64,000 nt of DNA from a virus. Under the pieces are notes generated by a model. The model was not told where the DNA came from, did no database searches, and worked only from the letters and a program-made list of their open reading frames with translations. Within the stretch, counting starts at the first letter, position 1. Each line of letters starts with the position of its first letter. The translations under genes were made by a program, and so were the position numbers. Positions 57,094-64,000 of the stretch are shown in pieces. Location of the stretch: IMG/VR virus record IMGVR_UViG_3300021962_000023, positions 96,001 to 160,000 of that record; one strand, 5' to 3'.

Positions 57094-57125
57094 TAAAGAT
57101 AATATATTTTATTTAAAATTCCAAA
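57094..57125 (-). promoter_or_regulatory. Bacteroidota-type promoter (TTTG-N20-TATCTTTA)
   Basis: Third copy with identical 20-nt spacing; upstream of ATG 57077. Confidence 0.65.
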
Positions 57126-57968
57126 TTATATTGTAACTATTTTTTGAATTAATTCTGACCATTTTGAGTATTCTCCTTGCTGAATATATTCCATACCAAA
57201 TTCCGAATTAGCAATATCAATTTCAAAATTATTTCTTCTAATTGCTTGGTACATTTTTAAATATTCTGATGAATATGCATAATCTTTTCTAATATCGGCT
57301 ACTGCTTTAATTCTTTCTACACAAGTACTATCCCATTTAAAATGATGAACCTGTGCATTATATTTATCAATAGGTGCTATTAGTTTATTTTCAGTTTGTG
57401 GGCCCCATAAAGTTTCTCCATTTACTTTTGCATAATGTTGGCCTGAAGTTATCTCAACATATCCTTTCATTACACATACTTTATTTGGACACGCACCACT
57501 TAATGGGTATCTAAAGAATCCTGCAAGTGGAAATTGGTCAAATATATTTTTATAAGGTAATATTTCAGGAAAACTTCCAAATGTACCAATTCTATCTATA
57601 AACCCACCTCTAACAATATCCCATCCATTTTCTTCACAATCTTCAATCATAAATGGTAATGGCATTGAATATACATGCAATTCATCATCATCCGAAACTA
57701 CCCACCAATCATCGGGATGTAATACCTTAGTTTCATTATATAATTGGGTTACATATTCCCAATTAAACTTTTCTTTCTTTTCAACTCTAACTACTTTTGC
57801 TGTTGGGAAATTTTTAAGTATTTCACCTACTTCATCTAAAATAGACATACCTTCCCATTCATATACTACAACATAAATTTCATCAACTATATGCTTGTAG
57901 TGATTCAACATATGCCAGAGAGTGTTTGTTCTACTTCCTGTCACTGTTACTAATCTTACTTTTTTCAT
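57126..57968 (-). CDS. GT-A fold glycosyltransferase (GT2/GT92-like)
   Basis: WWVVSDDDEL DxD region; GQH and VHHFKW motifs. Confidence 0.6.
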   Translation of the reverse strand: MKKVRLVTVTGSRTNTLWHMLNHYKHIVDEIYVVVYEWEGMSILDEVGEILKNFPTAKVVRVEKKEKFNWEYVTQLYNETKVLHPDDWWVVSDDDELHVYSMPLPFMIEDCEENGWDIVRGGFIDRIGTFGSFPEILPYKNIFDQFPLAGFFRYPLSGACPNKVCVMKGYVEITSGQHYAKVNGETLWGPQTENKLIAPIDKYNAQVHHFKWDSTCVERIKAVADIRKDYAYSSEYLKMYQAIRRNNFEIDIANSEFGMEYIQQGEYSKWSELIQKIVTI

Positions 57969-57980
57969 TTAATTTTTATT

Positions 57981-58760
57981 TTAACTTTTTCTTGTTAGTA
58001 GTGTCAGTCCTGTCGAGGTTGGTCTTTTTGTTCCAAATATACGAAAATTTTTTAAATTTACCAAATTCCAATCGGTATTGTTTTCTAATTCTTTTACAAA
58101 TTTTGCAGGCCCATCAAATGTGGCAAAATCTTTTTTTGCATCTTCAGTAACAATAAATGTATCGTGATATAATTGGTCAGTATCATGAATAGTTATGATT
58201 CCATTTTCGGATATTATAGTTGAATATAAATCAAAATCTTTTTTAACTCCTTCATACGAATGGTCGCCATCTATATGTAGATAATCAATTTTAATATCCT
58301 GTCTAACAAAGTAATCGTAAAATGCTCTCTCCGAAGTTTCTAATATAATTTGAGGGCTGAAATGTTTTCTAAGGAATGAATCTTCTTCAGTCCAATCGGT
58401 AAATCCACCCACCCCATTTGAGGCATCTACTATAATAGTTGTACCAACATCGCCCCACTCATTTGATGAATTTCCTTCAAATATATTTTGAGAATGTAAA
58501 TCAACTCTGGCTTGAGTCATTAATCGTGGAATAAATCCACCACCACTTCCAATACACACACATACCTTTGCTCTTATAAATTGTATGAATGAATATACCA
58601 ATAACCCATCTCCCAAATGTAAATCAGTTGCACCATGCGTCCAACGATAGTTTATAGGAGTATGTATTTGATTACCCTCTTCATCAAATTGATGATTATT
58701 AGTAAGGTAATCTTTAACTATATTTAAATTTATAAGACTTTGCATATTTCCGTAACCCAA
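57981..58760 (-). CDS. Class I SAM methyltransferase (Methyltransf_24-like)
   Basis: CIGSGGG; IDYLHIDGDHSYEGVKKDF; GIITIHD. Confidence 0.85.
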   Translation of the reverse strand: MGYGNMQSLINLNIVKDYLTNNHQFDEEGNQIHTPINYRWTHGATDLHLGDGLLVYSFIQFIRAKVCVCIGSGGGFIPRLMTQARVDLHSQNIFEGNSSNEWGDVGTTIIVDASNGVGGFTDWTEEDSFLRKHFSPQIILETSERAFYDYFVRQDIKIDYLHIDGDHSYEGVKKDFDLYSTIISENGIITIHDTDQLYHDTFIVTEDAKKDFATFDGPAKFVKELENNTDWNLVNLKNFRIFGTKRPTSTGLTLLTRKS

Positions 58761-59704
58761 TTTTGTTTATTTGTAAATTTTTCTAATCCTTTCTTTAACC
58801 TATCGAATTGTTTTTTATTTTTTTCAAAACCATCTTCCAATATTCTTAAATACTGATAATGGAATTGTTTTTTATTGATTGCTCTATATCGATACTTTAT
58901 ATCCCTCATCCAGTCCGAATGTATAATTGGTAATTTACCATTATCAATCGCATCAAATATTGCATACCCAAATGGTTCTTTAGTATAACAACCATGAAAT
59001 ATCTTAAATTGTTTTTCAAAAAATTTGTTGTGAAAACGATAATCAAATTCTATGAAAGTATGTACATCTGCGTTTATCTTACTACCCTCTAACATTCGTT
59101 TGTAATCGTATTTGTTTGAGAATATGAAAGCAGGAATTGCATCCAAATAATGTGCATTCTTTCGTGTTTCACACCTTGCCGCATATCCAATTTTATTACT
59201 TGCTACATCTTCGAATGGTTTATTATTTTTCCATTCGTAATAATTTGGTATTGTAATTGTATTTGGAAAATATGTGTGTATCGTATCTTTTTCATAACCT
59301 ATCCATACAATATTTTTGGAATTATCTAAAATATCTTTTTGCCAATGCCAATCCAATCGTGTCATTAGATTTTCGTATTCATCGTTTAACCCTAACATAT
59401 CAGGAATAAATGCATGAACAAATGTTGTGTGAGTTTTGTGAAGATACTTTTTGATTATAGGATTTGGTTTGTAAGAATGATGTAGAAAAACTATCTTATC
59501 ACACTCATCTAATATCTTATCTATTTCTTCATCGTTTTGAAAAGTGTAAATTGCCCCTTTTTCTGGTAACAAAGGTCTGCCATCAACTACAATTTTGTAA
59601 TCTTCCGTAACTAATGGTAAAACATTCTCCATAAAGTTATTACACCATATATCAGAACCTCCTATTATATTTTTTCCGTAACCTGTTGTTATGAATACTA
59701 TCAT
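58730..59704 (-). CDS. GT-B glycosyltransferase (GT4-like)
   Basis: GGSDIW N-terminus; RKN; EPFGYAIFDA...GKLPII. Confidence 0.7.
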   Translation of the reverse strand: MIVFITTGYGKNIIGGSDIWCNNFMENVLPLVTEDYKIVVDGRPLLPEKGAIYTFQNDEEIDKILDECDKIVFLHHSYKPNPIIKKYLHKTHTTFVHAFIPDMLGLNDEYENLMTRLDWHWQKDILDNSKNIVWIGYEKDTIHTYFPNTITIPNYYEWKNNKPFEDVASNKIGYAARCETRKNAHYLDAIPAFIFSNKYDYKRMLEGSKINADVHTFIEFDYRFHNKFFEKQFKIFHGCYTKEPFGYAIFDAIDNGKLPIIHSDWMRDIKYRYRAINKKQFHYQYLRILEDGFEKNKKQFDRLKKGLEKFTNKQNWVTEICKVL

Positions 59705-59715
59705 ATTTTATTTAT

Positions 59716-61257
59716 TTATACAATTCCACCTCCGCTTCCATCGCATTTAATAGCAGTACCTAATGTTCCATTCCAATACCTAATCCAAGCACCATCCGAA
59801 TAATATCCTTCCGGCGGCGAACCTGTTCCATTTGAGTATAAATAGAATTCTGTTGCGAATTTCCAACTATTATCGTATTGTCCGATATAATATGTACTAG
59901 TTATATTACTACAAGCCGTTTGTGCATCATAATCAAATCCTAAATAAACTTCGGGATAATAAATCCATCCACAATATGTAGAATTTGTTTCAACATTTAC
60001 CCAAGTATAGCCACCACTTCCGTCGTGATATTTTTGTTGCTTTGTATAGCCAGAACATTGATATTCGGTAGGACTAACAGGCCCATATGATGGAACTTGT
60101 ATTGGACAATTTGCTCTTGAACCAAATGGCTGTGCAATCGTTGTAGCTCCATATCCTTTGCCTATCGGAACATATCTACCATTGTAACTAAGATAACCAA
60201 TTGTAACAGTGGTTGGATATGATGAAAAATAGCTAGAAATAAATGTACTTGCATTTTCAAATGTAGCACCCGTTGGCATTTCGACTGTTATATTTGTATA
60301 CGATGAATCACATCCACCATTGGTTCCAGATGGAACACCTGCTGATGCTTCTCTAAATCGTACTCCCAAATAATTTGGTGGAGCTGGTAAATTAAATGTT
60401 ATTTCATTAAAACTTACAACATTACCAACACTATCAGCGATAAATGCTATATATGAGCCATTTGCTAAATTTAAAGCATAATCCCCAATTGCTCTATGAG
60501 TTGCATCCGTATTTAAATACCAATAATATCCCGTTCCGCTACCACCGCTCGCCGATGTAACTCTAATATAAGCTTCCCCTGCATATGTTCCGCCGGATGT
60601 TATAGTACCTGTCAATGATGGATAATTACAATTGATGACATATCCAAATTTATCTCTAGTATTATTAGCACTATCTCGTATTTGTATCATCCAGTTACCA
60701 TTTGGTAATATACCGCCGGTTGTACCAGTACCATATATCCAATTTGAATAGGATGAATCGGGGTCTGTTTCTATTTTGTATCTCCAAGTATAAGGTGCGC
60801 CGCTTCCTGCACTAAATGAACTAACATTTATATATCCTTTATTTGGTGCATTTGATTGACAACCATAACTTGTTACTGCATTTAAATTCAATGTACAACT
60901 TCCATTAGAATTTACATATGCTTGTCCTTCGGTATTAAAATTACTATCACCACTTGCTAAAGCATTTGCATTTGCTTGTGAAATGTATGATGTATATGTT
61001 TTTGTAAATGTAACACTACCGGCATCGTATCCACTAGCACAATTGTTTCTTGTAAAAGTTCCACTTCTAGTTGCGTTATAATATACCGATGATTTACCAT
61101 AAAATTCAGACATTTGTAAATCATTACTACCATCGGTTGTGTACGAAACCGAATAGGCAGTTCCAGCTGAAGCTAAATCTATTTGTGTACCCGATGCGAT
61201 TCCTCTATCGGTATTAAATAAATTCATTGTAAGTTCTCCACTAGCAGGTATAGCCAT
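59716..61257 (-). CDS. Putative tail-fibre tip adhesin with DUF5977-like and SprB-like segments
   Basis: MAIPASGELTM...QMSEFYGKS N-terminal module; RSGTFTRNNC...GQAYVNSNGSC; SGGSGTGYYW; directly downstream of the S74 fibre. Confidence 0.6.
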   Translation of the reverse strand: MAIPASGELTMNLFNTDRGIASGTQIDLASAGTAYSVSYTTDGSNDLQMSEFYGKSSVYYNATRSGTFTRNNCASGYDAGSVTFTKTYTSYISQANANALASGDSNFNTEGQAYVNSNGSCTLNLNAVTSYGCQSNAPNKGYINVSSFSAGSGAPYTWRYKIETDPDSSYSNWIYGTGTTGGILPNGNWMIQIRDSANNTRDKFGYVINCNYPSLTGTITSGGTYAGEAYIRVTSASGGSGTGYYWYLNTDATHRAIGDYALNLANGSYIAFIADSVGNVVSFNEITFNLPAPPNYLGVRFREASAGVPSGTNGGCDSSYTNITVEMPTGATFENASTFISSYFSSYPTTVTIGYLSYNGRYVPIGKGYGATTIAQPFGSRANCPIQVPSYGPVSPTEYQCSGYTKQQKYHDGSGGYTWVNVETNSTYCGWIYYPEVYLGFDYDAQTACSNITSTYYIGQYDNSWKFATEFYLYSNGTGSPPEGYYSDGAWIRYWNGTLGTAIKCDGSGGGIV

Positions 61258-64000
61258 TATTTGTTATTTTTTAATTCGGTAATTTCTTTTTTCAATTCTT
61301 TTATGGATTCTATCAACAAAGGAATTATTTTTTCGTATCTAACCGCCAAATATCCATCTTCTCTTTTCATAACAACTTCAGGTAAAACTTCTTCTATTTG
61401 TTGAGCGATGACTCCGATATCGTGCTTTTTGATTAAACTTTGTGCATCTTTATCATCACCAACTTCCTTTTCCATATACTCTTCTGTCCAATCAAATTCA
61501 ACTCCATCAATTTTATCAATTTTATCTAATGCGTTTTCTATTGGAATAATGTTTTCTTTCAATCTTTTATCCGATGAAGCGTATGCCGTAATATTTCCCG
61601 TTGCGGATAATGAACCACCGATTTTAACATATGCTCCAGTAAATGAACTTCTATCAATTCTTAAATAAGTATCTTGTGCATTTACTACTTGAAACCCTTT
61701 ATCTGTAATTTCAGTTGCTTCAACCGATGATGCTATCGAAACATTTGAAACGGAACTACTTTTTGCATAAAATTGAGTAGTAGCAGTTGTATTACTATAT
61801 TGTGTTCTCCTCCAAACTAATCTAGCATAATATGTACCAGATGTGGCTGCAGAAAATGCTATACTATTAGTGGATGCTGAAATAGAAACAGTTCCTGTGC
61901 TACTTATACCATTACTACCCACTGTACCTGTACCAACTATGTTATTGAAATTAATATCAGATGCAATTTCCCAACCTACACCGACCCACAAATATCCACT
62001 CCAACCACCAGGAGTAGTAGCTATACCACCAACTGCGGCCATTGATATTGTTCCACTATATGTACCGGCTGCAGATACACTAAATGAGAATCCACTACCA
62101 TATAATGATTGAGAACCTATGGTTGATACCGCATCCGACCAAGACATAACATTATTACTACCAAATGAAATAGTTAAACTATTTCCAGCTCCTAAATCTG
62201 TCAAATCACCTGCTCTGATTGTTAATTTTGGGTTTCCAGATGTATTATTAACTGCTATTAATGGAGATGGTGAGAAAGTTAATCTACTATAACCACTACC
62301 ATCAGGTGGAGATGATAATTTATCAGGATTGATAGTCCATCCACCAATTTGACCGGTCGTAAATACTGCATTTTTACCAGAAAATTCTAATGCGGATATG
62401 TGGGATGCATCTAATGTATTTGCTACAACTTTTCCCGTTGTAATAGAATTATCATCTATATAAGTTGCATTTACGGAATTTCTAGTAGCTAAAGAACCTA
62501 ATCCCGATACCGATGCGTTTGGTACTGTAACACCTGCTTGCAATGTTAAAGATGTAGCGGTGATACCACCTTGAATAGCTAAATTTGTACCATCAAATGT
62601 CAATTTACTACCCAATGAAAATATATCAGTAGAGCCCGATTTAAAATAAAATGGAGTATTTGAATTATTATATGTACCCGTACCTACATAAATTGCCTTA
62701 TTAGTACCATCTAATGTTATACCATTAGTACCTACTTTTAAAACATTTGAAATATATCCATTTGCACCTGCTATAACGGGGGATATGATACTATCATTAC
62801 TAATCAATGTTCCACCCGAATATGTGCCATTTGCTATACTGTCTGCTACTGATTTTGCATTTGTAAATGCCGCCGAAGCCGATAGTGCCGCATTAGAACC
62901 TGCTAAAGAAGCGGCCGCTGAACCCGATGTGACCGCATTTGTTCCTATTGTGTTTGCATAGGTTTGCGTTGCCGCATTTCCACCTGTTACATTTATTGTA
63001 CCATTTACTTCCAAAGAACTACCATTCCATTTCAATTGGTCTTTTAATGAAAATTGTCCGGCACTATCTAAATAAATTGCCGTATTTGAGTTATTGTATG
63101 TACCTGTTCCTATGTATATTTTACGAGTAGTGGTTCTTGCATCCAAATTAATTTGTGCTGCAGAGGTATCACCAACTGTAAATAATTCTTTTATATATCC
63201 AACTTGTCCACCAATTGCAGGAGAATAAATTGTAGTATCACCTATAAATGAACCACTATATTGTCCATCTGCTAATTCTTGTACTTTTGATAAAGAAGAT
63301 GATAAAATTATTGAATTTGAAGAACTTACTGATGAACTCAATGATGTAATGGATGAACTTACCGATGAACTCAATGATGTAATACTACCACTTGCAGATG
63401 AACTATAAACAGTCATCGTTCCACTAATAGAAGATGATACTGCGTATAATTGTGATAACGAAGAAGATGCCGATGAACTAATTAATGTTATCGTTCCACC
63501 TAAATTATTATTACCACCTGTAAATAATGCTGATTGGGTAACTGCAACTGGCACATAGTTATTATTTACATCGTAAAATTCAAAATTAAATTCATAAGTT
63601 TCATTACCAATCACAGTTGGCATTGATGTTACAAATTCAATTTCAGATGGTGAAAATGCAGTATCTTGTGTTAATTTTAAACTAACATTTCCTAAATGCC
63701 ATTCACTTTGTGATTGTGAAAAATATAAACTTGCAGTTGGTTCTGCATTTGGTAATGTAAATTGAATAGTTTGGTCTTTTAAATTCTTTGTAGGAGTTAT
63801 TCCATATAAAGTACCAACCAAATACTCACCATTATTTGAACCACTAATATAAATACCCAAATTACTTGCAGTTGATGATGAATAAAATGCATCAATCCCT
63901 AATTCATACACACTTATATCTGATAAATTTAATGATGAACTATATTTAAAATATCCACCACCATTTAATTTAACACCATTATCAATTCGACTTGAAGTCA
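61257..64000 (-). CDS. Tail fibre with C-terminal intramolecular chaperone (peptidase S74); frame continues past the window end
   Basis: SSDKRLKENI...GVEFDW...IGVIAQQIEEVLPEVV...LAVRYEKIIPLLIESIKEL. There is no stop upstream of the GTG at 63911 up to 64000. Confidence 0.9.
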   Translation of the reverse strand, partial: TSSRIDNGVKLNGGGYFKYSSSLNLSDISVYELGIDAFYSSSTASNLGIYISGSNNGEYLVGTLYGITPTKNLKDQTIQFTLPNAEPTASLYFSQSQSEWHLGNVSLKLTQDTAFSPSEIEFVTSMPTVIGNETYEFNFEFYDVNNNYVPVAVTQSALFTGGNNNLGGTITLISSSASSSLSQLYAVSSSISGTMTVYSSSASGSITSLSSSVSSSITSLSSSVSSSNSIILSSSLSKVQELADGQYSGSFIGDTTIYSPAIGGQVGYIKELFTVGDTSAAQINLDARTTTRKIYIGTGTYNNSNTAIYLDSAGQFSLKDQLKWNGSSLEVNGTINVTGGNAATQTYANTIGTNAVTSGSAAASLAGSNAALSASAAFTNAKSVADSIANGTYSGGTLISNDSIISPVIAGANGYISNVLKVGTNGITLDGTNKAIYVGTGTYNNSNTPFYFKSGSTDIFSLGSKLTFDGTNLAIQGGITATSLTLQAGVTVPNASVSGLGSLATRNSVNATYIDDNSITTGKVVANTLDASHISALEFSGKNAVFTTGQIGGWTINPDKLSSPPDGSGYSRLTFSPSPLIAVNNTSGNPKLTIRAGDLTDLGAGNSLTISFGSNNVMSWSDAVSTIGSQSLYGSGFSFSVSAAGTYSGTISMAAVGGIATTPGGWSGYLWVGVGWEIASDINFNNIVGTGTVGSNGISSTGTVSISASTNSIAFSAATSGTYYARLVWRRTQYSNTTATTQFYAKSSSVSNVSIASSVEATEITDKGFQVVNAQDTYLRIDRSSFTGAYVKIGGSLSATGNITAYASSDKRLKENIIPIENALDKIDKIDGVEFDWTEEYMEKEVGDDKDAQSLIKKHDIGVIAQQIEEVLPEVVMKREDGYLAVRYEKIIPLLIESIKELKKEITELKNNK

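Noticed and set aside
59713-59720. Sense-strand TATAAATA (T4-type late box) before the GT4-like gene
   Set aside because: A single instance formed by the upstream stop codon (GTA TAA ATA) and opposite in orientation to the recurrent motif; probably chance.
838-63130. All plus-strand ORFs in the track (e.g. 2034..2354, 4248..4709, 5309..5728, 19942..20208, 32231..32632)
   Set aside because: They are antisense shadows of long minus-strand genes, with no recognisable motifs or independent expression signals.

Overview
A 64-kb, strongly AT-rich segment of a large T4-like tailed phage genome. Essentially every real gene is on the minus strand, and the standard bacterial code fits. In transcription order (high to low coordinates) it has four parts. 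(1) A tail fibre with a C-terminal S74-type chaperone, open at the window end, followed by a putative tip adhesin (59.7-64 kb). (2) A ~25-kb glycan synthesis and modification island (34.9-59.7 kb): glycosyltransferases, NDP-sugar epimerases, rmlC, a split ThDP-dependent E1 alpha/beta pair, radical SAM enzymes, methyltransferases, 2OG-Fe(II) oxygenases and SGNH-like proteins. (3) A 1471-aa multidomain protein followed by the T4-type head module: terminase, portal, small putative internal head proteins, prohead protease, scaffold, major capsid, and gp13/14/15-like neck genes. (4) An array of Ser/Thr/Gly-rich fibre or receptor-binding paralogues (1-13.8 kb). Three TTTG-N20-TAnnTTT(G/A) promoters point to a Bacteroidota host (inference). 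The structural genes share a sense-strand ATATTTAT motif, the reverse complement of the T4 late box. The best leads are a likely protease-processed virion polyprotein, the glycan island (possible branched-sugar and virion glycosylation system), and an A_AAA_AAG -1 slip site in the head cluster. All family assignments come from recognising motifs by eye; no database searches were run.
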